From positions 9,098-41,193 of the forward strand of contig CAYXKH010000005.1 of assembly GCA_964465255.1 (NCBI GenBank): DNA of 32,096 bases. Direction: 5' to 3'. The notes under the pieces were generated by a model that searched no databases, had not been told where the DNA came from, and was given only the letters and a program-made list of their open reading frames with translations. This stretch comes from an uncultured Isosphaeraceae bacterium (GTDB lineage: Bacteria; Planctomycetota; Phycisphaerae; Phycisphaerales; SM1A02). Both the position numbers and the translations under genes were made by a program. Below are positions 1 through 9,883 of the stretch, in pieces (within the stretch, counting starts at the first letter, position 1; each line of letters begins with the position of its first letter).

Positions 1-35
1 ATGGCTGCGGGAATGGAGAGAGGAACTGTCTGAAC

Positions 36-287
36 GTGACTTCGACGACCCCAACTCAGACGGATGAACTCGACGGCGACTGTTCGTCGCGCCGCGCACC
101 CCGCGGCGCGACGGTGGTATTGGTGCAGCGCGAGCCGTGGTTTGCGTGCCTCGACCCGCTCGATCGGGAGCGACTGGTCCGGGCGTCACGGCGCATGGGT
201 CTGGGCTGCGGACTGCCCGTGGGGGTGGGTCTCAGGCTGAATGTGACCGCGGCGGCGCCACCCGCTTCGGTCGCGACCGCGGATTGA
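36..287 (+). CDS. hypothetical small protein (83 aa), weakly supported
   Basis: GTG-initiated ORF just after a stop at 31-33 in another frame. GC3 is high and the composition is protein-like (D/E/L/V), unlike the Arg/Pro/Ser-rich antisense ORF 56..541. No recognisable family. Confidence 0.25.
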   Translation: MTSTTPTQTDELDGDCSSRRAPRGATVVLVQREPWFACLDPLDRERLVRASRRMGLGCGLPVGVGLRLNVTAAAPPASVATAD

Positions 288-557
288 GCCGCAGCGGGAA
301 TCCTTCCGCCTCGCAGGCCGAACCGAGTCGGTCGCGGACCACCTGAAAAAATCTGCAACGTGCAGTGCGCAGCGCCGCACCCACCGTCCCTTTGGGAGGC
401 ACGGCACCTCATCCTTCGAGGTGGGGCAACCCTCGGATCTGCTTGCGTCGCGCTCGGAGGGGAGTCGCGCCGCAGGCGGACTCCGAGGGTCGCCCCCAGC
501 CCCGCCCCCCGCGATTGGGACGGGGGGCTGCCCGTCACCACAAACTCCTCACTGCAT

Positions 558-590
558 CACCACCGCGCTTCGCACAGCGCGGCGGTGGTG
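558..590 (-). terminator. GC-rich hairpin ~30 nt downstream of the uvrB stop
   Basis: CACCACCGCGCT (558-569) pairs with AGCGCGG(C)GGTGGTG (576-590): 12-bp stem, one bulged base, 6-nt loop. No U-tract, so the terminator function is only inferred. Confidence 0.3.
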
Positions 591-619
591 TGCGCTGCGC
601 CGCCCAATGGGGGCAGCGT

Positions 620-2823
<2,204 letters not shown>

Positions 2824-2824
<1 letters not shown>

Positions 2825-5481
2825 CACCCTGAACCCAGCAACTCCCGCGGCGCCCGGCGGGAGAGCGCCCACGCCGCAGGCAGGGCCGCGAGCGCCGCCA
2901 GGGCGATGACCGTGATCCACCCCAGCGCGGTGGGGACGACCGGGAAGATCAGTCGCATCGGAAGCCCCAGCAGATCGCGATGGAGGATCACCGACATCCA
3001 GGCGAGCTGCATGCCAAGCGCGGTGCCGACCGCCGCTCCAGTCTGGCCGATGATCACCGCTTCCGCGCAGACCAGCCGCGCCGGCAGCCAGCGCGTTCCG
3101 CCGATTGCCCGGAGCACGCCGAACTCGTGCTGCCTCGCGTGGATCCCTGCGGCGATCACGTTGCCGACTCCAAAGCAGCCCAGCAGCAGGGCCGCGACGG
3201 CCACGCCGGTGCTCACGGCGAGCATGACGCCGCCGAGCTCGTCGATGATCCTGCGGATGGCGCGGCCACTGCTGAAGACGACGCCGGGGAGGGCCTCGGC
3301 AATCGCCTCGGCGACGATCTGGTCATCGACTGCGGGATCGAGCGAGAGCTGGATCATGGTCGCCTCGTCGCTTCCGAAGCGCTCGCGCACGGTGGCGAAG
3401 TCCATGAAGACGCACGAGATCGCATGTTCGAGATAGGCGCTGCGCACGCCGAAGAACTGGGTGGCGATGTCGAGACCGGCGGCGCTGACCACCCCGGCGA
3501 TCTGAAAGTCGAAGGCGCTGCGGCCGTTGCCGAGTCGGATGGTGTCACCGACCCCGAGCCCGCGAGCGATCAGGAACTGCTCGGCGACGAGGACTCCCGC
3601 GCCTTCGCGAAGGAGCGGAATTGCGGTCTCCGGCTCTCCCTCCTTCCAGTCGAGGGTGGTCATCGCGAAGAAGCGATCCGGGTCGAAGCCGATGCAGACC
3701 ACATTCGGCGGGGCGTACCCCACGACGCCCAGTCGGGCTTCGCCTTCGACTCGCAGCGGCAGATAGCTGATCGGACAGCTTGCGGTCACGAAGGGAAGAT
3801 CGCTGACGATCTGCTGCTCCCGCGCCGAGATTCCGGTGACGCGGAAGACGAAGCCGTCGGCGAAACGAATGCGACCGACCCAGTCCTCGAGGAGCGACGT
3901 CCCGTTGGACCAACTGCTCACGAGGATGGCCACGCCGACCATCAGCGCACCGCCGGTGAAGCCGGCGCGGAACGGCGTCGCCGAGAGCGCCGCTCGCAGC
4001 AGCCCGCGCGGCAGAGCGAACACTCGCCCGACAGCGCCGGCGGCGACGAAGGCGAGGGCGGTGAGAACCGCCGGGGCCATCAGGAACCAGCCGACGTGGG
4101 CCAGCGGAAGTCCGATCACGACATAGGCCCAGAAGCGCTGCTGCGGATTGGGAAGCAGGGCGAGCCCGAGTTGGGCGGCGACGGCCGCGGCACCGACGAG
4201 GCCACAGATCACAAGCCCCCTCGAGGTGGGCACGCGGGCTCGTGCCGCGAGAGCCTCGAGCGGCGTCACCCGCGACGCCCGCCATGCGGGGTAGATCGAG
4301 CCGCCAACTCCCGCCGCGGCGGCGCCAGCCACGGCGAGGATCACGCCAAGCGGCTCGATCGAGAGACCCTCGGGGAGCCACTCGCCGAATCGCCACACGA
4401 GGAGTCCGGCGAGCGCCACACCCACCGGAACTCCGACGATTCCGCCCGCTCCGCAGATGATCAGGCCGGAGAGCACCTGGGCTCCGAAGAGCTGCCCGCG
4501 AGTGGCGCCGATTGCCCTCACGATTGCCATCAGCCGCTCCTGCTCGACGACCGCGGTGGTCATGCCGGTGGCCACGATGAAGCTGCATGCAAGGAAGGCG
4601 ATCACCGACGCCAGCAGGAATCCCATGTTCGAGGAGCGAACCTGGCGGTCGTAGCCGGTGGTGATGAGTTCCGCGGGCTCGAGAAGAAGTCCCTCGGGCA
4701 GACGGGCGGCGTTGGCGGCGCACCATGCGACCACGTCGGAGGCCGACGGATCGTCCTCGTCGAGGATGATCGAGATGACGCTGGCCTCGCCGGCCCGGTC
4801 AGTGGCCTCCGTCAGCGCCGCTCGCGAGATGATCAGTTCGGGCCGCTGCAGCATGCCCAGCGAAGGTCGGTCGTATTCGCCCACCACGATGAAGGTCATG
4901 GGAGCCCCGAAGCGCTGCAGACGAAGTGTGCTGCCGATGGGCGCCTCGAGCATCCGGACGGTCATCGAGTCGACGAGCACCTCGTTGTCGGCGCTCGGGA
5001 GTCGCCCGCGATCGGCTGCCACCTGGCCGAAGCGGGCCAGCGTGTCGAGATCGATGCCGCGGGCCTGGATCACGGCTCGTCGTCGCGTCTCTTCGGCCTG
5101 CGGCGCATCGTCAGCGGGGACTTTGCCCCGGGGGGCGACTGGTTCGTGCACCAGCGTGATCGACGAGAAGAGTCGCGCTCCCGCGGCCTCGACTCCCGGC
5201 CACGCCCGCACTTCATCGAGAATGGAATCGTCGAAGCGGTTTCCGTTCTCCTCGAGGATGCGGGCATCGGTGGCCCCGATGATCCGATTGAGGCGCGCCT
5301 CCACCGAGCGGCGCGCAGAACCGATGCCGCAGGCGACGGCGGTCACCAGACTCGACGCGAGAAGGACTGCGGCGGCGAGAAGGAGGTTTCTAACCGGCCG
5401 CGCGGAGAGTCCGCTGAGCGCGATGTGCCAGCTCGCCCGCATCGATTCCATCCACGTCGAAGGTGTCGGCGACAAGTCCAT
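2824..5481 (-). CDS. ABC transporter permease with two FtsX-type domains (MacB/YbbP-like), ~872-885 aa
   Basis: Large protein with two clusters of TM helices, each preceded by a large extracytoplasmic domain, which is typical FtsX-family architecture. It lies immediately downstream of a MacB/LolD-type ATPase. The start is ambiguous (ATG at 5481, 5451 or 5442), and all three overlap the ATPase 3' end. Confidence 0.85.
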
Positions 5482-6190
5482 CGCGCAGCACGAAGACGCG
5501 ACGACAGTGCGTCGCGGCCGCGGGCTCGTGCGTGACCATCACCACGGTGAGCCGCTCGGTCGCGGCGATCTGTTCCAGCATCGTCCACAGCAGATCGCTG
5601 CTGGCCATGTCAAGATTTCCCGTCGGCTCGTCGGCCAGGATGACCGGCGGTGCAAAGAGAAGCGCTCGGGCAATCGCCACCCGCTGCTGCTCGCCGCCCG
5701 AGAGGGCGTCGGGGCGATGGTGATCGCGGTTGGCCAGACCGAGGCGGGCCAGCAGATCGCGGGCCCTCGCCCGCAGTTCCTGGCGAGGCCGTCCGTCCAG
5801 GACGCCGGGCAGCATGACGTTGTCGATTGCCGAGAGCGTGGGAATCAGATTGAACTGCTGGAAGACGATGCCCACGCCACGCCGCCGAAAGGTGGTGAGT
5901 TCAGCTTCGCTCATGCCCTCGAGCTGGTGTTCGGCGACGCAGACCCGTCCCGAGTCGGGCCGATCGAGCCCGCCGAGCAGATGAAGCAGCGTGCTCTTGC
6001 CGCTCCCGGATGGACCCATGATGGCGTAGAACCCGGGCTCGTCGATGACCAGATCGATGCCGCGCAGCGCCGTGACGCGACCCCGGCCGCTTGCGTAGCT
6101 CTTCCGAACATCGTGGAGCAGCACGCGAGGCGGTGACGGCGGGACCATGTTGGGGGCAGTTCGTCGACGGGCGCACTTCGGATGTCGCAA
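5390..6190 (-). CDS. ABC transporter ATP-binding protein (LolD/MacB family)
   Basis: Walker A GPSGSGKST, signature LSGGEQQRVAIARAL, Walker B ILADEPTGNLD and H-loop VTHE. An alternative start at 6148 (MVPPSPPRVLLHDVRKSY) is equally plausible. Confidence 0.9.
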   Translation of the reverse strand: MRHPKCARRRTAPNMVPPSPPRVLLHDVRKSYASGRGRVTALRGIDLVIDEPGFYAIMGPSGSGKSTLLHLLGGLDRPDSGRVCVAEHQLEGMSEAELTTFRRRGVGIVFQQFNLIPTLSAIDNVMLPGVLDGRPRQELRARARDLLARLGLANRDHHRPDALSGGEQQRVAIARALLFAPPVILADEPTGNLDMASSDLLWTMLEQIAATERLTVVMVTHEPAAATHCRRVFVLRDGLVADTFDVDGIDAGELAHRAQRTLRAAG

Positions 6191-6197
6191 TCGAGCG

Positions 6198-6581
6198 TCA
6201 GCTCACCGGATGCTTCTGGTCGTAGGTTGCGGCGTCCATCAACCCCTTGAGCGCAGAGGCATCGCTCGTGCGCATCTTCACCAGCCAACCCTTGCCGAAG
6301 GGATCGCTGTTCAGAAGCGAGGGATCCTTGACGACCAGCGGATTGGCTTCGATGACCTCGCCGCCCACGGCCGAGTAGACGTCGCTCGTCGTCTTCACCG
6401 ATTCGACTTCGCCGATGCTCGCGCCTGCGGCGAGCTTGGTCCCGGAGGGCTTCAACTCGACGTAGGTGATGTCGGTGAGTTCGTCGGCGGCGAACTGGGT
6501 GATCCCGATCGTCACCACGTCGCCTTCGAGCTTGAACCATTCATGCGAGGCGGAGAAGCGGCAGTCGCGAGGGGTGGACAT
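6198..6581 (-). CDS. gcvH: glycine cleavage system H protein (lipoyl carrier), 127 aa
   Basis: SHEWFKLEGDVVTIGITQFAADELTDITYVELKP plus the lipoyl-lysine motif GEVESVKTTSDVYS. The start is the ATG at 6579-6581. The longer ORF to 6911 is a low-complexity Pro/Ser extension and was rejected. Confidence 0.93.
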   Translation of the reverse strand: MSTPRDCRFSASHEWFKLEGDVVTIGITQFAADELTDITYVELKPSGTKLAAGASIGEVESVKTTSDVYSAVGGEVIEANPLVVKDPSLLNSDPFGKGWLVKMRTSDASALKGLMDAATYDQKHPVS

Positions 6582-6619
6582 TGGATCACTCGGCGGATGA
6601 TGGAGAGCGGCGCCGCGGG

Positions 6620-6633
6620 CGTGAGCGCTCACG
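6620..6633. promoter_or_regulatory. perfect 14-bp palindrome CGTGAGCGCTCACG, 39-52 nt upstream of the gcvH start
   Basis: Verified as its own reverse complement by hand. Its position fits an operator or a 5'-UTR hairpin; the function is inferred only. Confidence 0.3.
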
Positions 6634-6722
6634 ACCGGGACCGCGGAGGGTACAGGCGGATGCGACGGGAGGAGGGAGATCACGTGCCCGAACCCCTGCG
6701 GTCGCGGGGCGTTCGGGGAGGG

Positions 6723-6747
6723 TGCAGCCAGATGCAGCCAGATGCAG
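6723..6747. repeat. 10-bp tandem repeat TGCAGCCAGA x2.5
   Basis: Direct reading: tgcagccaga tgcagccaga tgcag. Confidence 0.8.
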
Positions 6748-6790
6748 GGCGGCGAAGTTTGGGAATGCTGAACACGGCGACTTGACCAAC

Positions 6791-6846
6791 TGGATGGAGG
6801 GAACTGGGTGGAGGGAACTGGATGGAGGGAACTGGGTGGAGGGATC
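6791..6846. repeat. 14-bp tandem repeat TGGRTGGAGGGAAC x4 (alternating A/G, i.e. 28 bp x2)
   Basis: Direct reading: tggatggagggaac tgggtggagggaac tggatggagggaac tgggtggagggatc. It lies 210-265 nt upstream of gcvH. Confidence 0.85.
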
Positions 6847-6954
6847 CCGCATGCCGGAGCAGGTCCGGGGAAGCGGTGTCGGGCTCGCGGGCTTCCGGCC
6901 CTCGCCGACACCCGTTTCGGCTCGCGAGGTCGGGCTCATCGGTGGATAACCCAA

Positions 6955-7190
6955 TTTGTCAAGAAGCTTCCGCTCGAACTCTGAATTTCTAAATCATGCT
7001 GAGACATCGACTTATGCCAAAATGGCAGACCCAGAGTGAAGATGGGCAAAAAAAAGGTCCCAGTTCCTTGCCGAAGTTCTCCATTTCGTTATCATCACGC
7101 CAGCAAGTTGCAAAGAAGGACTTGCCCCACCTCGGATCTTTCTCCCCTCCGGAAAACGTCGGCCTTCGTGGTCGACGTTTTCTCTTTTGC
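6955..7190 (+). ncRNA. candidate small non-coding RNA or structured element in a low-GC island (family unknown)
   Basis: Hand count gives ~47% GC over 6961-7140 against ~68-70% in the flanks. There is no credible ORF, an A8 run sits at 7048-7055, and the region ends in a strong hairpin with a T-rich tail on the + strand. No known RNA family was recognised by eye. Confidence 0.3.
7152..7189 (+). terminator. intrinsic-terminator-like hairpin
   Basis: 13-bp stem GAAAACGTCGGCC / GGTCGACGTTTTC (one G-T wobble) with loop TTCGT, followed by TCTTTTG. Every base pair was checked by hand. Confidence 0.5.
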
Positions 7191-7243
7191 CCTGCAACTG
7201 AGCGAGAGACCCGAGTTCACGAGAGCCTCACTCGCGAATCGCC

Positions 7244-7287
7244 GCCGTGCGTTTGCCGTGCGTTTGCCGCGCAGTTGCCGCGCATTT
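7244..7287. repeat. 11-bp tandem repeat x4 (GCCGTGCGTTT x2, GCCGCGCAGTT, GCCGCGCATTT)
   Basis: Direct reading. The T-runs are phased at 11 bp. It lies 145-190 bp upstream of the CDS starting at 7432. Confidence 0.85.
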
Positions 7288-7431
7288 GATGGGCCGGCGC
7301 TTCCCGGGCGGACTCGATCGCGGCGGGCGCACCGGCGAATTCCGGACTTTCCCCCCGGAACGAGCCTTCGTCAGCGGTGAGGCGGAGTTGGTGCGGTAGA
7401 GTGTCGCCGGTCCGTCGCTGCGGCTCCCCAC

Positions 7432-8313
7432 ATGCTTCTGACGCTCACGGTCAACTCGTTGCGCACGCTCCTCGCCGGCCGCGGAGAGCGCACCCTCACT
7501 CCCTGCGAGGTGCCGCGATTCGCCCACGACGAGCTCGGGCTGCACGGTCTCAGCGTGCCCGCTTCGCTGCTCCGCGGATGGACCATCGCCGAGATCGAGC
7601 GACTGCGGGATGAAGCTGACAAGGCTGCCTGCCCATGCCTGGTTCTGGTCGATGATGAGCCGCTCGAATTCGGTTCCGCCGACGAGAAGCTCCGCACCGC
7701 CGCGGCGACGCGCCTCGGACGCCTTGCGGCCGCCGCGAACCGGCTTGGATGCAGCGCCCTCGGGGTGGGCTGCCGCGGGAAGGACTCGGCCGACGTCTTC
7801 GATCGCACCGCGGCGCTTCTGAAGGGCTCGCTCCAGTCGGTCGATCGCCTCGAACTCAACATTCTGCTTCGGCCCGGCACCGGGCTCACCGACGATCCGA
7901 CGCGGCTGACCGATCTCATCAAGCGGGTGGGCGGGTTCAGGGTCGGTTCGCTGCCCGAGTTCGGTCACGCCAAGAAGAGCGGCAACGCCGAGACCACGCT
8001 CCGCAAGCTGGCCCCGTACGCGGGGGCCATCCACGCCACGGTGGAGGGATTCGATCGCGCCGGGGTGCACTCGGGTGCCGATCTCGCGGCGTGCGTCAAC
8101 GCCATCCGCAGCGTCGGCTACCAGAACACCCTCTCGATCGATTACGTCGGCAGCGGCAACGCCGTCGAAGAGATCAAACGAGCTCGCGACATTCTCACCA
8201 ACGCCATCCGCGGCGAAGAGGAACCTCTGGACGAACTCGACCTCCTTGCCGCCGTCGACGAACTCGAGGGCGCCGCAGTCGAGGAAGAGGCGGTCGAGGG
8301 AGAGGACAACTGA
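7432..8313 (+). CDS. xylose-isomerase-like TIM-barrel (sugar phosphate isomerase/epimerase family) protein, 293 aa
   Basis: Length and segment pattern (ELGLHGLSV, LGCSALGV, LNILLRPGTGL, DLIKRVGGFRVGSLPEFGHA, YQNTLSIDY) resemble the AP-endonuclease-2/TIM-barrel family. It has an acidic C-terminal tail. The assignment is by eye only. Confidence 0.55.
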   Translation: MLLTLTVNSLRTLLAGRGERTLTPCEVPRFAHDELGLHGLSVPASLLRGWTIAEIERLRDEADKAACPCLVLVDDEPLEFGSADEKLRTAAATRLGRLAAAANRLGCSALGVGCRGKDSADVFDRTAALLKGSLQSVDRLELNILLRPGTGLTDDPTRLTDLIKRVGGFRVGSLPEFGHAKKSGNAETTLRKLAPYAGAIHATVEGFDRAGVHSGADLAACVNAIRSVGYQNTLSIDYVGSGNAVEEIKRARDILTNAIRGEEEPLDELDLLAAVDELEGAAVEEEAVEGEDN

Positions 8314-8315
8314 CC

Positions 8316-9062
8316 GTGAAGCACTCGCCCCTCCCAGCTCGACCGATCGTGATCACCATCGATGGTCCAGCCGGAACGGGGAAGTCTTCCGTCGCCGCCG
8401 AACTCGCAGCCCGGCTCGGTCTGGAGTTCCTCGATACCGGGGCCATGTATCGGGCCGCAGCCCTGCTCTCGATTGAACGCGAGATCTCGCCACATGACGG
8501 TTCGGCGCTGGCCGGTGCAGTGCGTTCCGCCGGTCTGCGCTTCCTCTGGGGCAGCGCCCGACCTCGCCTCATGCTCGATGGTCGGGATGTCTCCGAGCGC
8601 ATCCGCGACATGGACGTGAGTCGAGTCGTGTCGATCGTCGCCGGCTGCCCCACGCTTCGGCAGCTCATGGTCGAGGAGCAGCGCCGGATCGCCAGGGAGC
8701 ATCCGCGTCTGGTCACCGAGGGGCGCGATCAGGGATCGATCGTCTTCCCCGATGCCATCGTCCGCTTCTACCTCGACGCCCGACCCGAGGTTCGTGCGGC
8801 GCGACGCCAGGCGCAGCTCGAGGCCTTGGGTTCCGCAGTCGACGAGCAACTGGTGAAGGCGGACATCTCCCGCCGCGATCAACTCGATTCGACGCGAAGC
8901 GAAGGACCGCTGCGCCGTCCCGAAGGGGCGCTTCTGCTCGATACCACCGATCTCACTCTCGCCGATGTCGTCGATCGGCTCGAGGCCCTGGTGCGGGAGC
9001 ACGTGGGCGAATCGGATCCTCTGCCGGTCGGCGCCGGCTCGGGCGAGCGGTCGGCGCGATGA
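8316..9062 (+). CDS. cmk: cytidylate kinase, 248 aa
   Basis: ITIDGPAGTGKSSVAAELAARLGLEFLDTGAMYRA is a classic Cmk N-terminus. GTG start at 8316, 2 nt after the upstream stop. The in-frame ORF extension back to 7749 overlaps the previous gene and was rejected. Confidence 0.92.
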   Translation: MKHSPLPARPIVITIDGPAGTGKSSVAAELAARLGLEFLDTGAMYRAAALLSIEREISPHDGSALAGAVRSAGLRFLWGSARPRLMLDGRDVSERIRDMDVSRVVSIVAGCPTLRQLMVEEQRRIAREHPRLVTEGRDQGSIVFPDAIVRFYLDARPEVRAARRQAQLEALGSAVDEQLVKADISRRDQLDSTRSEGPLRRPEGALLLDTTDLTLADVVDRLEALVREHVGESDPLPVGAGSGERSAR

Positions 9063-9883
9063 GTCGATTCGAGTTCGCCCGCCGAGTGCCCGGTCACTCG
9101 GCGACCCAGATCCTCTGGTTCGACTTCTGCCGCTTCCTCTCGGGCGCGCCGCTGCAGGTGCTCTACGGCATGTGCGAGGTCGGTGCGTCGCGCATTCCGC
9201 GGAGTGGACCGGTGATCTTCGCGAGCAATCACCAGACCCTCTTCGATCCGATCATCAACGGGTTCGTGGCCTCGGATCGGCAGTTCAGCGCCATCGCTCG
9301 CGAGGGGCTCTTTCGCTTCCCTCCCTTCGGCTGGCTGATCACCTCCTTCGGGGCCATCTCGATCCGACAGGACGCCGGCGATGCCGCGGCGATGAAGGCG
9401 GCGCTGGCGGAGCTTGCGGCGGGGCGATGCGTCCTCATCTATCCGGAGGGATCGCGAAGTCCCGACGGCACGCTCCAGGAATTCAAGCGCGGGGTGGCGC
9501 TCCTGCTTCGCCGCGCCAACGCCACGCTGGTCCCGATGGGGCTCGACGGGGCCTGCGACATCTGGCCGCCGTCGATCAGGCTTCCGCGACTGAGCGGCCG
9601 CATCGCCATCAAGGTCGGCGAGCCGATTGCCACCTCGGAACTCGTGCGAGAGGGCGCCGATCAGGCCCTGGAACGGCTGCGGCGCGAGATCGAACGGCTG
9701 CGACTCGAGGCCCGCGCCGACCTTCGGCGGCATTCCAGGGGCCGCTGGCCGAAGCCGGGACCGGCAGACCACGCCTACTGGGAACGCCCCGCACCGCTCG
9801 AGCCGGAGGCGCGTGCAACGAACGAGCCGAGCACCGCGCCGACGCCGAGCATCGCGCCGCTCTCGAGTCTCACGCCGCAGTGA
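9059..9883 (+). CDS. 1-acyl-sn-glycerol-3-phosphate (lysophospholipid) acyltransferase family protein
   Basis: HX4D motif NHQTLFD, block III YPEGSRS and FKRG. ATGA overlap with the cmk stop; cmk-plsC adjacency is common. Confidence 0.85.
   Translation: MSRFEFARRVPGHSATQILWFDFCRFLSGAPLQVLYGMCEVGASRIPRSGPVIFASNHQTLFDPIINGFVASDRQFSAIAREGLFRFPPFGWLITSFGAISIRQDAGDAAAMKAALAELAAGRCVLIYPEGSRSPDGTLQEFKRGVALLLRRANATLVPMGLDGACDIWPPSIRLPRLSGRIAIKVGEPIATSELVREGADQALERLRREIERLRLEARADLRRHSRGRWPKPGPADHAYWERPAPLEPEARATNEPSTAPTPSIAPLSSLTPQ

Noticed and set aside
417-429. 13-nt match CGAGGTGGGGCAA (417-429, +) with its reverse complement at 7122-7134.
   Set aside because: A single 13-mer match between two sites in a 32-kb GC-biased window is expected by chance. 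The flanks do not extend the similarity.
288-619. 330-bp non-coding stretch with several small hairpins (e.g. CTGCAACGTGCAG, GACGGG...CCCGTC), checked for a possible RNA gene or mobile-element end.
   Set aside because: No tRNA, tmRNA or RNase P-like conserved strings, no inverted terminal repeats and no target duplications were seen. It is treated as ordinary convergent intergenic space, apart from the hairpin at 558-590.
6582-6911. 5' extensions of track ORFs beyond the called starts: gcvH to 6911, uvrB to 2920, ATPase to 12092, cmk to 7749, DUF502 to 15801, HPr to 17351, cytochrome to 32084.
   Set aside because: The extensions are low-complexity, overlap neighbouring genes or lack homology-like sequence. 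Internal starts match family N-termini and, in several cases, have RBS-like purine tracts.
6582-7200. Possible glycine riboswitch in the gcvH leader (- strand).
   Set aside because: Only partial core-like strings occur (CCGAGGTGGGGCAAG, CAGGGCAAAAGAG, TCGGCAAGGAAC), in the wrong order and spacing and ~470-620 nt from the start codon. I could not build P1/P3 helices by eye. This is left as a cmsearch check under the low-GC island finding rather than a call.
6723-7287. Could the short tandem repeats be a CRISPR array?
   Set aside because: The units are 10-14 bp and directly abutting, with no spacers. There are no cas genes in the window.
6996-7380. ORFs 6996..7289 (+), 7036..7380 (+) and 7012..7197 (-) inside the low-GC island.
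   Set aside because: There is no RBS context and no high GC3, unlike every real gene here. The translations lack protein-like features, and the ORFs run through the terminator hairpin and the tandem repeats.
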